Assembly (NCBI RefSeq): GCF_026571515.1
Contig: NW_026867088.1
Coordinates: 62,001 to 126,000 of the forward strand
Length of the DNA: 64,000 nucleotides
Source: Ruditapes philippinarum
Lineage: Eukaryota
Reading direction: 5' to 3'
Below, piece by piece: positions 15,501 to 27,289 of this stretch (position 1 is the stretch's first letter; each line of letters begins with the position of its first letter). Position numbers and translations under genes: made by a program. The notes beneath the pieces are model-generated. The model ran no database searches and was not told the origin of the DNA. It saw nothing but the letters and a program-made list of their open reading frames with translations.

Positions 15501-15635
15501 CTGCACACCTGAGCTACTTTGAAATTGTAAAGCAACTTCTAAGGCTTGTTGAATAACATTTCCGTAATTGTTATCGATTTGGCACGAGTTAATTTGCAAA
15601 ATTCCAAAAATTAACAATGTCCGAAAAATATTCAT
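3576..15635 (-). CDS. nrf-6: Nose-resistant-to-fluoxetine-6-like / O-acyltransferase-like protein (N-terminal NRF domain + acyltransferase-3 membrane domain), 16 coding exons, 721 aa
   Basis: Exons in transcript order: 15635-15332, 14642-14449, 13968-13881, 13542-13446, 12108-12006, 11388-11307, 10979-10812, 9880-9784, 8727-8629, 7982-7817, 7022-6943, 6454-6347, 5280-5157, 4911-4722, 4342-4200, 3698-3576. All introns are GT-AG with matching phases, total 2166 nt. Signal peptide MNIFRTLLIFGILQINSC. NRF motifs: WALRMLDAYGKPASGILEGHITWLGNFDEC, GTCLPNTCS. AT3 motifs: NGIRFISTSWVLLCH, SVDTFFILSG, FHRFWRLTPPY, WSWYLANDMQFY, YFKPWSRIGPY, FVPLSRLTYCAYLLHP, FESPMIGLEK. The symbol indicates family membership, not proven orthology. 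Confidence 0.95.
5688..5933. mobile_element. Palindromic ~240-bp MITE, family A, copy 1
   Basis: TGAGCCGCGTCATGACAAAACCAACATAATG...CATTATGTTGGTTTTGTCATGACACGGCTCA with long inverted arms. Six copies in the window. Confidence 0.9.
6590..6810. repeat. Degenerate ~25-bp tandem repeat
   Basis: Recurring ATACTGTAGTT(C/T)AATATC(G/T)AAT. Confidence 0.65.
8985..9270. repeat. Degenerate ~22-bp CpG-rich tandem repeat
   Basis: Recurring (C)GTGGCCACGCGATAG-like units inside an nrf-6 intron. Confidence 0.7.
10560..10705 (-). mobile_element. Degenerate tRNA-derived SINE (family S3); relatives near 7465-7540, 14085-14165 and 54850-55025
   Basis: Reverse A box CCACTAGG, B-box-like GGACTTGAAC, shared TACTGGTGTCATATG...ATGATC. 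Confidence 0.5.
11466..11803. mobile_element. Kolobok-like non-autonomous element, family K2
   Basis: GCAGCATGGCTCCAGAT ... ATCTGGAGGTAAGCAGCT|TTAA. Body matches 36720-37065. Confidence 0.7.
12360..12888. mobile_element. Unclassified interspersed repeat (family X); relatives at about 26270-26737 and 40075-40581
   Basis: Shared terminus AAACAAATATCCTCTA, imperfect hairpin TTTTCACTCGTGGCTACGCCACTCGTGAAAA, and TGACGTCA motifs. Confidence 0.6.
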
Positions 15636-17181
15636 TTCCCAAAGTAGGTACAAAAGCTAAAAGTATGTTGACAGAGTTAACAAGACTAAGAGATGCTCAT
15701 ATAAATTTATCAGCTTCAGTTTTTAAAGTACATGCATGGCAGATACGGGTATATTTTGAAATCATGTTCCTATTTTTCATCAACAGTTATAAACTTCTTT
15801 CTTTACCTTTAAGCGTAAAAATAATTTACTTAAAATGTTGATCAGATATTAGTTGACCTTTTATTAAAGTACTTATCAAAGTTGATAACAACAAAGAAAA
15901 TTCTTTTTACTCCTAGGGATGGAAAAATTTCATTTAACTAAAACGCGTTTAATGCGTAACTATTTAACATAAGACATACTTACAATACATTATAGGAGCT
16001 TTCAACTTTGTTACATGTAACATGTACTATCGAAACAACAATTACAAATAAAAAAACCCCCAAAAAAAACAAACAAACAAGCAAATACATTCTGCCTCAG
16101 TCTCCATCAGGACAAAACACTTTAAGGCCAATTAAGCCCCCAAAATGTTATTACTTTTATTTCACAAAATCATTTCATTTTAGGTATCCTAATACAGTAC
16201 CCGAAGTTAGTTTGTGATCATAAAGTTGAACCGTCGTTCGCTTTTTTTTTGCTTTAGGAATTAGGTATACTTATAGTGATTTAGTATTTTGTATGGAAGT
16301 CAAATACCACTTTGTTTACGTTTGGCTGCTTTTTTGACACATACTGTCATATTCAGCCGTGCTTCCTTCAAGTGATAATCGCCATTTATTCTCTTAATCC
16401 ATTGTTTGCCTTTTCTAAAAAAAGAAAGTTTGTGCTCATTTCTAAGAGCTAATATGCCGTTATATCTTTGCCGAAATGCAGTATGCATTGCTACCGTAGC
16501 ATAGATATAATATAGACGTTGTTCCAGTATTCGTACATAACTCTAACCAGATAGAAATCCCACGACTTTCCTGTAAATATTTGTAATAGAACCGTGGTTT
16601 ACATATTATTTGTGCGCTCATTCATTCAATTTGATTTACTATGAAATATAAATATGGTGTGAAGTTTATTCATGAGCAAGGTAACGAGTGTTATCACAAT
16701 GGAGTATTTCATTTTATACCTATTGCTGGATCATTTCAGAGATGTAGATAACATGTTATCTATGTCTCTCATTATTTATGTCCCTTCTGTCGTGGGAATA
16801 CCTTATTAGGCAAATGGATTAACATAAAATACATTTTTCTGAAATACATGTACATATTTTCATTTCAAACATGAAATTTGTTCATAAAAGTTATTGCAGC
16901 ATAATATACTACAGGTATACAAGTATATAACATAGACTTTTTTTATTGATTCATATTATTATTTTATTTCACCTATTAAACATTGAAATTCAACACTTCT
17001 TAACATCTTTTAAACATAACATACATGTAAAAATATAAATAATGTTAAATAATACATATTTTGATTTCATAATTCATAAAACATAATTTAAGAAGTTTAT
17101 TTAGCAAAACATACTGGTAAACAAGTATATATTATAGACTTTTTTTATTGATTCAAAGTTTATTTTTATTTCACCTGTTAG

Positions 17182-17873
17182 AGCTGCATGCCTCCAGATG
17201 AGTCAAAATATTTCAAGGAAATTAAACTTGGAAAAATGTACTAAGAGTTTAAGAAAAGTAAAAATATCAAAGATTCAAGTGATAATTTATATCTTGTGTG
17301 CAATTAATGACTGATTTTTGCAGTATTTATCACCATATTTCTACTGCCTTACTAACCCTGAAGGGGCTATTTTTGCCATATTTTGACCTCTTTTTGGTAA
17401 TTAACATGGATTATATAAGCCGATTGCAATGTGTCAAGTACTTTCTTTGTTCACTTTACAATATTTTACTTAGTGACATTTTGCCTATCCAAGGATAGAT
17501 AGCAATTAACAGGTGAAGGTCAAAATATGTTTTTTATTTTGTCATAATTTAATAATTCACTTAGCATAAAACAATAAATAATGCAAGGGTCCAAGCAAAA
17601 TTTCTGTAAATATCAATTAAAATTAACTGTCACATTCAGATTATAAAAAGAGTGGGGCAGTCTTTTTTATTCTTTTGGCAGATTTAAATTTGATCCTGAA
17701 CATTTTTCAATATCAACTGTTGATCAAACAACCATTTTTACATCAACTGTTGATCAAACAGTCAAACTTTTAAAATATAAAGACAATTCAGCTGAACAAG
17801 ACAATAAAAATATGAACATAATGTCACTTTAAAATTTTCATGAAAATTAGTATGCATGTGGAGGGGTGCTGCT
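17182..17873. mobile_element. Kolobok-like family K2 (reverse orientation) with a nested insertion at 17472-17828
   Basis: AGCTGCATGCCTCCAGATG ... TGGAGGGGTGCTGCT|TTAA. About twice the family length because of an internal segment bounded by AGTGACATT/AATGTCACT. Confidence 0.7.
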
Positions 17874-18217
17874 TTAAGCCTTCTTAACATCTGTTAAACA
17901 CAACAAACATGTAAAAATATAAATTATTTTAAATAGACACAAAACATTTATAGTAATGCTGAAACAAAAATCACAGAAAATTATTTTATATTGTGGTCAA
18001 ATACTTAAAATTGTTTAAAAAAATATAACATTATGCATATAACATCAACAAAAAATAATACACTTTTACCAAAAATATTTAGTTAAAGTTTAAATAATTG
18101 TGTAAAAATACAGTGGAATGGTATATAGAAAAGTAAAGTAAAAACAGTGAACACAGTTTTCAAGTTGTACTCTCGCTGAATAGCACAATCTTTCCTGATT
18201 AACTCATAGATAATGTA

Positions 18218-18219
18218 AT

Positions 18220-18295
<76 letters not shown>
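18218..18295. repeat. (TA)n microsatellite
   Basis: Long TA run with one interruption. Confidence 0.97.
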
Positions 18296-18301
<6 letters not shown>

Positions 18302-18720
18302 GATTTTTGAAGAATAAAATTATTTAGACATGCTCTTAATCTAATGTACAATGCCTTTTCCAATCTCCTACGCAGTTATCTCCCCTTATCAGTACAGAGA
18401 TACCTGCCATCACAAACATTTTTATAAATATTTTGATATTTTATATTTTTATAGCTTTTTAATTTATTTTTCATTATTTTGTATACTTTTACGTAGGTAT
18501 GAAAAGTTAAAAATAAAACAGAAAGAGGAAAATGATGTTACAATTTTTATGTAATGGTATATACTTTACATTTGAATTTCAACCTTACGTCATGTGACTT
18601 TCATCATCATGCGATGTCTGTGAAGGCAGTGATACAATTCTGCCAAGGGAGGCCCAAGGGAGGTTATCACAGTGAGGAGTTTGTGCCTATTCATCCTCAT
18701 TCAACTCCCATCTTCATATT

Positions 18721-18957
18721 TGAGCCGCGTCATGACAAGACCAACATAGTGGATTTGCAACCGGCATGGTTCCAGACCAGCCTGCGCATCTGCACAGTCT
18801 GATCAGGATCCATGCTGTTCGCTATCAGTTTCTCTACTTGTTATATGGTTTGTAAGCGAACAGCATGGATCCTGATCAAACTGCACGGATGCGCAGGCTG
18901 GTCTGGATCCATGCTGGTCGCAAACACATTATGTTGGTTTTGTCATGACATGACTCA
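18721..18957. mobile_element. Palindromic MITE family A, copy 2
   Basis: Same termini and GGATCC/CCAGACCAGCCTGCGCATC arms as 5688-5933. Confidence 0.9.
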
Positions 18958-19513
18958 TATTGAATTTGCTTCATTTTTAACAATAAAACTGATACAGATT
19001 TTCTTTTTTTGGAAATGATGCAAAATATCATAAAAAGTAAACTTTGAAGTCATAGTGTATAAAGCTATATTATATATATCTGATGCCTGAGGTTTAAAAA
19101 ATGTTTGATTAAATTTTCAAAAGAATAATTCTAAAATATTTGAATGAGAAACATATATTATTTACATACTAAAGAATGAATGACAAATGCATGAAATCAA
19201 TGCTAATTGGTTAAAACTCTATTTCAAACAGCAATATTTCATTCAGGAACATCTTATTCTGTTTACATACACTTATCATGTATATGAAATAAAAAGAGAC
19301 ATTATGTGTTACAAGTATTTCAAGAATCGACCATTATATGGACAAAATTTGGATTAAATGGTCCTCAGCTCTTAGGCTAGTAAGGTTATGTAAAGAACAA
19401 TAAATTACAAAATTTTATCATTAATAAATAATTTTAAATTTCACTAAAATATTTCATAAGATAAAGCTATATACCCTTTAAGACTTGATAACAATAATAT
19501 TACTTAAAAAACT

Positions 19514-22500
19514 TTAATATTTAATACTAATATTATCATACTGGGTCAAGGCAAGCAGCGACACTCCATATGTGTACGAGTCACATGACCAAAATGGGAA
19601 ATACCCTCCAGCCTCGCTGTTATATCCATCAAAGGTCATTGGGGTCATTCTCCCAAAATGAGGCTGCTTCAACATGGTGTCGTATTCAGCTTTAGTAACA
19701 ACTCCTTTCATTCCAAGGATGTTTTTTGGGGTTGCCGGAAATTTTGTGTCGGGGAATGTGGTCCCATTAAAATATTCCCTCCTATTAGCTGGATAGAAGA
19801 ATGGCATACTCTGAAATGGATAAGAAAGAAAGAATATTCAGATGCCATATTTGCAAAGGAAGTAATGAAATGTAAGGTCTATTTAGAATTTAACAGAAGA
19901 AACTAGGAACCATTATAGTTGCTTAACTTAGATAATTATATTATGAGACAATGACGGCACCAAGAGGCAGACTAGCGTAGCTGGCTCTCTGGTGGTGGCA
20001 TTTGTCTACTATCGTTTAACCATATTATATGCATTAAAGATTTGTGCAAGGAAAAGGAATGATGTGTGGCAGCATGGCCGAGTGGTTAATGTGTCGGACT
20101 AGTAAACTAAGGATTGCTGTAAACATTTCAAATCACGTCAGGGGTAAGCTGTTGTTTCCATGAGCAAAAAAACTTTACACTCATTGCTTATTACTGGTTG
20201 GTTCCAGGAACAGATTGAAGAGTGTTTAAATAAGCTTATAGCTCCCAACACATGAATACTAATACCTTAAGTCCATGAAATATAAGATTATTTACATTGT
20301 GTCGAAGGACAGAAAAAATACCTCAAGACTTTTGCCAGAACCAGAGAAGAAACTGTTCCATGGTTTGTAATTGCCAGATAATACATTCTTTTCCAACCAC
20401 ATTACCAACTTCTTTACTGTGTCTTTAACATAGCTGGGAGTATCTATAAATGATATACAAATATGATCCTTGGTTTGCACAACTTGCAAATTAGTTAAAA
20501 TGACATACTATTGTTGTTGTTTTTCAATGTGTATCATTATTTGTTACAAATCAAAGATATATAACAAGTAAAGTATCTCTTTCTCTTCTCATGCTTAAAG
20601 GGACTCCACTAAGGTTGTTTGACATGGTGGGCCTTAAAATATTTTCTAAAGATTTTGTACTAATTGGTGGAGGTGTGAACCAATAACTTATGTGAAAATT
20701 ATCAGGTCATTCACTTACCCCTTTTTTTCACGAATATTCATTTTATTGTGCAAAATGGCCCCAAAATAAAATGCATTGCAACTCTTTTTACTCAGTTCGT
20801 CTAGGAATCGTACAAAATATCCATTTACAATATATCTCTGAGTATATTTCTTTGTTTGCCATAGCAGAGTTTGCCATTTTTCAGTGCTTCACTTGATGTT
20901 TGTATGATTTTCAAATTTAATGCTTTTAGGCCTAATACCTAAGTGGAGTTCCTTTAATCTCTAATTGAGTATTTATATGACCTCAAATGCTGCAGACAAA
21001 TGAACAATGGTTAACTGAAGTTAAAGAACTCTTTAAGATAATGAAAAACTGTCTCACCATTTTCCCAAACAAGTTGTTTATTTTGAGTCAATGTCCATGT
21101 ATTAATTAAAGCATTCAAGGAAACAGCAGTTGAAAATATACGATCTTCAGCTCGGTTCTGAAACATATGTTATAATCTACCATTCAGTCTTACAATAAAA
21201 TATAAAAAAACAACAAACATGGCAATGCCATAAAAAAAGATTTTTTTCCAAACTGGAAACCATTTTTCTATTTCTAGTAACTGTGACCTTGACCCTAGGG
21301 AGCCAAAAATCAATCTCAAGCAAGGTACAATGTATCTATGTAAGCTTTCAATATACAAAGTTTAACTGGAATATCTTGTTCCTAAATCTAGTTATCAACT
21401 GGAAACCACCTGTTGACACCTGCCTGAATGCCAGGATTGAAATGAAACGATTCCACATTGGTTTATGCTTTATACAGCTTAAATATATGTGTAAAAGAGG
21501 CTGTTTCTTACAGAACATATCATTAAATGTTAGGGAAAAAATTCATTTATTTACCACAGATTTATTAAAAAGATTAATGTCATCATCTCCAAGGAAATCA
21601 TCGATGTACATTGAACCGTCTACGTCAGTTTTAGTTGATCGAGCTATATCTTCTGACATCTCCGTCCATAACACAGGTCCTAGAACTTTCAATGCATATT
21701 TCAACATCTGGAATGATGATTAAATCATAAATGATAATTTTATATTTACACATTTTTCTTTATCATAATAACAATCTACAATAGTCAACACATGTATTTC
21801 CACATCTGAAATGTAGACTAAATCTTATTGTTTTTTTATTGAATGTTTTCAATTATTTTTTTACTGAAATAACAATAATAACTATTTATTACTACTTGAT
21901 TTCCTTTTATTAAATATAGAATCCCCATTAAATAAACATTCTCACTTAATAAATTATGTAATTTAAAAAAATTGAACAAAAACATTTCTTCATTTACCAA
22001 AACAAGATACACATATGAGCCGCACAACAACAAAACCATCACAGTGCGTTTGCAACAAGCATGAATCCAGACCAGCTTGCACATCAGTGCAGTCTGATCA
22101 GGGTCCATGATGTTCGCTATCGTTTTCTCTACTTGTAATAGGGTTTGTAAGCTATGTTGGTTTTGTCATGGTGCGGCTCATATCATGTTTATGTGGTCAT
22201 AAGAATTTAGGTCTAACAAATCTGAATGTACCTGATCAAGACTTGGTGATGTAACAAATCTCCTATCAGTAGACAGCCTTCTGTTCAGCAGAGAGTATGA
22301 CCTTGACACGAACCAGTAGAACTCAAACTTAGACGGGTAGTATGTTAACGCCAGATCTGGACGAGACGACAGATTTGTGGACATCTCATGTGCTATCAGG
22401 GACGTTGTGTTCATAAATATTTGCTTTTAAAAAAAACAAAGATAAGAAATTTACAGAAATAAAGTAAACTTATCTGCTCAGAAATGTGGCATAATTTTAT

Positions 22501-25500
22501 GAACAATTTCCATGACTTACAAATATCAGAAATAGTTATTGACTTAAATCAAAGCAACGGTATATCTTATTAAATTGGGGCTTGCAAAGGTAATACATTT
22601 TTACTAGATTAGGAATGAGACAAATAGATCCATATTGTTTTTAATTTATAATTTAGTAACATCTAGAGTCTAGCATTGTATCAGAAATCATGTGGGATTT
22701 GTTATCAGTCATTTGCAAAGAAAATGGAAATAACTGATAAGTTGCGTTCTGTAGTCGTATCCTAAGTGTATCCTAAATCCTGGGACTTCTGATAAACTAT
22801 AGGACTAACTCAAGACCATTTTAATAAATATTTTCATTTTTAGTCAAACTTTTAGATTTTTCTCAGAAAAGTTAGAAATACAATGAACACACTTCAATCC
22901 ACAATGTGTAAATGTTCATCTTCCATGGCTATTCAGAAATTGAAGAATCTTAACATAAGAGTCATAAGTAAGGACATATTTTAGACCAAGGACTTTCCCT
23001 GAAACGCAACCAAGGGAATACATGTTTGATTGACCAACCAAGGGCAAAAAAAGTGTTGAAATCAGTGTAAAAATACAAGACAGACAAACAGACTATTAAA
23101 CAATATTTTTTTAAAGTGAGCTGAAAACTTCAAGAAGTTCAGTCTGACACTTTCACACATGAGAAAATGTACATGATATGTGCATGTGTCTCAAGGTCAA
23201 AGACTGCAAATGATTTAGTAATACCCAGTACCTGTATACCATCATCTATATGTTCTAAACACAGCCCTGTGATTGTACATGTGACTACCCCAAATATAAA
23301 GTTGGCAGACACGGTCACGTCCACGTTGTTCACGTTAAACGGCATTACAACACCTTTATCAAACAATGATTTCACTTCTTCTGTGTCCTGCAGCTATAAC
23401 ACAAAATAAATCTGTATTAAATTAGTACAGTCATGCCCTTGAAAGGTTAATTTTGAAGCACAAAGTGCTGATAATTTACCTCCATGCAAACTCCACTGAG
23501 TATTAGCCAAAGTTATGAATTTTGAGCCAAAAGTTGGTCACTGTATAGCGGCCAATGTGAACATAAATGTCAATAACCTGAGACGATATGAAAAGGACGC
23601 GGTAGCCTTTAAAAAGGGCTGTTATGCCAGAAAAGTAATTGCAGACAGGCCTAATTGCTCTTTTATGTTGGTAAATTCTGATTAAAATCAGCACCTAAAT
23701 AATGCCATGCATTAGGATCTGACAATCACCAATGGGTTGTAAGAAATAAGTAGATCTGAACTTTAGTCAGACTGATATTGGTAGTAATTCATTAACAAAA
23801 CTGACATTGTCTTTTTGCTTTTTTCTTTAATTGTGGACATACCAGTACATGTAACAAGCTTCCATATTGATCGAAAATAAGAGAAATTTTCAATTAAAAC
23901 AATAGATCAAAATAGCTTTGTAAACAAATGGCTCTGAATAGAATTCCATATTAAATGTTTGCAATGAAAACATGATTAATTTACCCATGTAGTCACTAGA
24001 GCAACATCTTCGTTGTTGGAATCAGCTTTCTCTAGAAATGATCTCAAATACATGTATGTCCTTGGATCTATTGTGGTCTGTATGGCTGTTTTAGAAAATG
24101 GTCTGTGAAAAATAGAAACAACATAAATGGTCTGTGAAAAATAGAAACAACAGAAATGGTCTGTGAAAAATAGAAACAACAGAAATGGTCTGTGAAAAAT
24201 AGAAACAACATAAATGGTCTGTGAAATAAAAACAACAGAAATGGTCTGTGAAATAAAAACAACAGAAATCAATGACCATATACACCGAGTTTAAAATAAT
24301 GCAACATTATATAGGAATAAAGCATAGGAACATATAAAAATATTATATATTTTTACCAATTATTACTATGTTATTTTACTGAAATCATAGTGAACAAAAA
24401 GTGCGGCGTCTGTGGCCAAGTGGTTAAGGTTGTTGACATCAAACTGCTGTAGGTTCAATCCACATCAGCATCACCGAATTCTACATGTAAGAAAAGCTAT
24501 CCAGCTAGCTTACAGAACATCAGTGGTTCTACTCAAGTGCCCGTTTGTGCCTGACAAAATGTACAGACTGGCACCTGAGGTCTTAATCCACCAGCAAAGC
24601 TGCAAAGTCGCCATATGACGTATACTGTGTTGATGCAATGTAAAACCCAATTAAAAAAAGAAAAGAATAAACGGTATTTTATAGGCATTTTTTATTACAG
24701 TAATTTTATTTCTTGGAAATTTAACAACCATTACCTGTAAGCGTATTTTTTCACTTTTTCAAAGACTGATGATAAATTACTATTTTGCTTTGCCCAGGTC
24801 TGAAATCCATCCGGAAAATCTTCTCTAAACAGTGATAAAAGACTGCCGAGTCCTATATTAACAAATGTATCGTCAAAGTCCGGAGGTATGCGAAACGCTA
24901 GAGTAAACATATCCCTGGAATATATGTAATTAAAAATATAATTATCATATTCAGTACAACCTCTGCAAAGTGGTCATCTATACAGCAATCACCTCTTTAC
25001 AACAACAGTATCATTATTCCAAAAAAAGACTATATTTAACCTCTGTTGAGCAACCACTTCCTCACAATATTTTATGTCTGGCCTAGAGAGATATTTTTTT
25101 TCAAGGAATAAGTTTTTAATTATTAAAATATTCTAAATTGTAATTCCGATGAAAGTCAAATTGATATATTGATATTGCGAAATTTCAGTGACAGCAGTGC
25201 TATGTTAATACAATACATGTATATGGAAAATAAACTTACTTTGAACGAAACAACTCCTCGAGTACTTTTTCAAGATCTTTAAGCCCCAATGCTCCAAGTA
25301 TTTCTTCTATCAGTTTCTGAGGTAGGTAATCTGGAAGTGCTAAAACTTCAAACAAATTATGAGGCGAGCTTTGATAAGTCAACACGGTTTTATTAAACTC
25401 TTGCTGCCAAAATGTCATTTCTGAGTTTTGATATGGTGCATTTTGATTCCTAAACAGATTAACAGCATTTAAAGCAAGGTCGACTTGGCTGTCCGTCGGT

Positions 25501-25829
25501 TTAGGGCCATTTCCATAAATGTACGCCTCTATTAAACATGATGTTACCCAGGCAGGTGTAAACATGTTATTATCTGGCACTTTAAAGTTGTCTCTAAAAA
25601 GGTAATACTGTTCGTTTCCATGGAAATTTAGTTTCACTTCATTTGGATACATTCCTTTCTTCATTTCCCATGATGGCGGAAATATACTAAAGTCTGTGTC
25701 TTTTAATACTTGAGCATTCTTGATTTTGTTGAACAGTTTCTCAATGATTGTTTCGGTGTTTGCTAAAGATAACATGCCACATAAAATCAAGCAGGCAGTA
25801 CATGCCATATTTCTTGTGAGGGTCAGCAT
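19514..25829 (-). CDS. Uncharacterized signal-peptide protein, 9 coding exons, 637 aa; candidate class II terpene-cyclase-like (alpha/alpha barrel) fold
   Basis: Exons: 25829-25240, 24914-24735, 24102-23985, 23393-23232, 22423-22232, 21707-21555, 21157-21058, 20443-20322, 19810-19514. All introns are GT-AG with consistent phases, total 1914 nt ending in TAA. Hydrophobic N-terminus ACTACLILCGMLSLA and several N-glycosylation sequons. Motifs: PDNNMF, RIPPDFDDT, NNVDVTVSANFIFG, TYYPSKFEFYWFVSR, EDRIFSTA, FWSCDSYTYGVSLLAL. The gene structure is well supported; the functional call is inference. Confidence 0.9.
20067..20250 (+). mobile_element. tRNA-derived SINE (family S2, CORE-like centre); reverse copy at about 47950-48092
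   Basis: GCATGGCCGAGTGGTTAA head and centre TCCATGAGCAAAAAACTTTACACTCATT. Confidence 0.65.
20599..20953. mobile_element. Kolobok-like non-autonomous element, family K1
   Basis: TTAA|AGGGACTCCACT ... AGTGGAGTTCCT|TTAA. TTAA target with AG...CT termini. Confidence 0.75.
22016..22180. mobile_element. Palindromic MITE family A, copy 3 (internally deleted)
   Basis: Both termini are present; most of the right arm is missing. Confidence 0.85.
24095..24270 (-). repeat. 27-29-bp minisatellite, 6 units, spanning an intron-exon junction of the 637-aa protein gene
   Basis: Minus-strand unit TGTTGTTTCTATTTTTCACAG|ACCATTT(C/A). Confidence 0.95.
24404..24652 (+). mobile_element. tRNA-derived SINE (family S1)
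   Basis: Pol III A box TGGCCAAGTGG, B box GGTTCAATCC, body GCTATCCAGCTAGCTTAC...GGCACCTGAGGTC, tail GTAAAACCCAA. Confidence 0.8.
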
Positions 25830-27289
25830 GATTTATATAGCTTAGTTGATCTGAAATAAAAGATAAATTTTAGCTACCATTAATCCTACTCACATTACAG
25901 TCAAAACTGTCTTAGGTGACCTTCCATAGGACTTTTTTTTAGAAGGTCACATAAGACAGGGAGTCTCTTAATACAGGTTTACTGTCAAACATCCAAACAT
26001 TTGTGCTATTTTGTGGTTGGGCAATGTCTCCACTCTTGAAGTGAGATTCTGACCCAGAAAAAAAAACATCTCAGAATTTAAGCTTTGGCATGTCAAAATA
26101 TTTTGACTTTTCTAAGTTCATCACATAATCTAAACCAAGAGGCCCATAATGATCCTTTAATCCCTCACCTGAGTGAAGACCATAATTTATACATGTAACT
26201 ACCTTTGACCTCATGTAAAGAAAATTGTGAGCATTTATTACATGCTTTTCAGATATACATGTAGATTCTAATTCAAATATAATTTCACAGTGAAAGTATC
26301 AAATATAATTTTCACCATTGCCAGAGTACAACAAGTATTTCGGAATGCGGATTAAATAAATATAATTATCTTAAATATAAAATGAAAATATCTTTAGAAA
26401 TACACCCCGTCATGAGTAAAATGTGCTTGATTATGAGAAGCACAAGATATCTGCACATTTCATTTAAAATTGTAACATTATTTATAAAATTTTACAGACT
26501 TATTTTTCAACACAAAGAATGTGACATCATGTTTTGGTGATGTCATTCATGAGAGCTCATGTTATGACTCATTACACAGCAAAATCAGTAAAAACGTACA
26601 ACAATTTTGAAAATACATGTATTAATTACATCTGTGTTCACTCTGTGAAATATACATGTTTTCCAATCATACATCTGGACCCATAACTATATACGTGTTA
26701 TTTTTTGTCAAACAAAACAATTATTAGTATCCTCTACTCATTCTGTGATGAAAAGAAATTAAGATGTCCCCATGATTTATGCCACTGACAACCCTGTATA
26801 TTCTGATTATTTCATATTTGAGTGGTCTCCAAAGTGTTAAATAAATTTGTTTGATCTGGTGAGTGACGAGTACTTCACAGGCCAAATTTCAAACATTTGA
26901 CATACAACATATTTTGATGTTCCAAGATCCAAATTGAATGTAAACTGTGACATTCAAAAAGTTATAAAAGATTTCCTGTGATCTAGTTCAACTATAATTT
27001 CGTTGTCATGGTGACGACTAAAAACGGAAAATTACTGATTGGAATGTTGTACATAATGTAGCTCAACCATGACAACTCCATGCAAGAAATTTTGAAGAAG
27101 TGCTCATGACAATTTTGCTAATTTGAGTGTTTTCAACCCACCCCCTTGTCTCAATATTTCGACTGCAAGACCAACCGATTCTACAATCTGATATTACAAA
27201 GATGTCTGTCTTTACGATGTTTGTGAAGGGCAACCATTGTATATATAATAAAAAGCCCTAAAGTGCACAATTTGTTGGGCTACCCACGT

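Noticed and set aside
18554-19018. ORFs such as MLFAISFSTC... (also 58933-59319, 56889-57092, 21836-22108)
   Set aside because: These are translations of the palindromic MITE, not genes.
21283-21723. 146-aa plus-strand ORF (also 3501-3743, 4673-4924, 14450-14632, 19658-19906, 23167-23409)
   Set aside because: These are antisense shadows of real minus-strand exons.
24404-24475. tRNA genes here and at about 20067, 34430 and 54850
   Set aside because: A and B boxes are present, but I could not form a cloverleaf. Most continue into a shared SINE body.
19514-25829. Bacterial contamination or very recent horizontal transfer as the source of the cyclase-like gene
   Set aside because: It has eight canonical introns in the coding region, several carrying host SINEs or MITEs. 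An ancient transfer cannot be excluded without a phylogeny.
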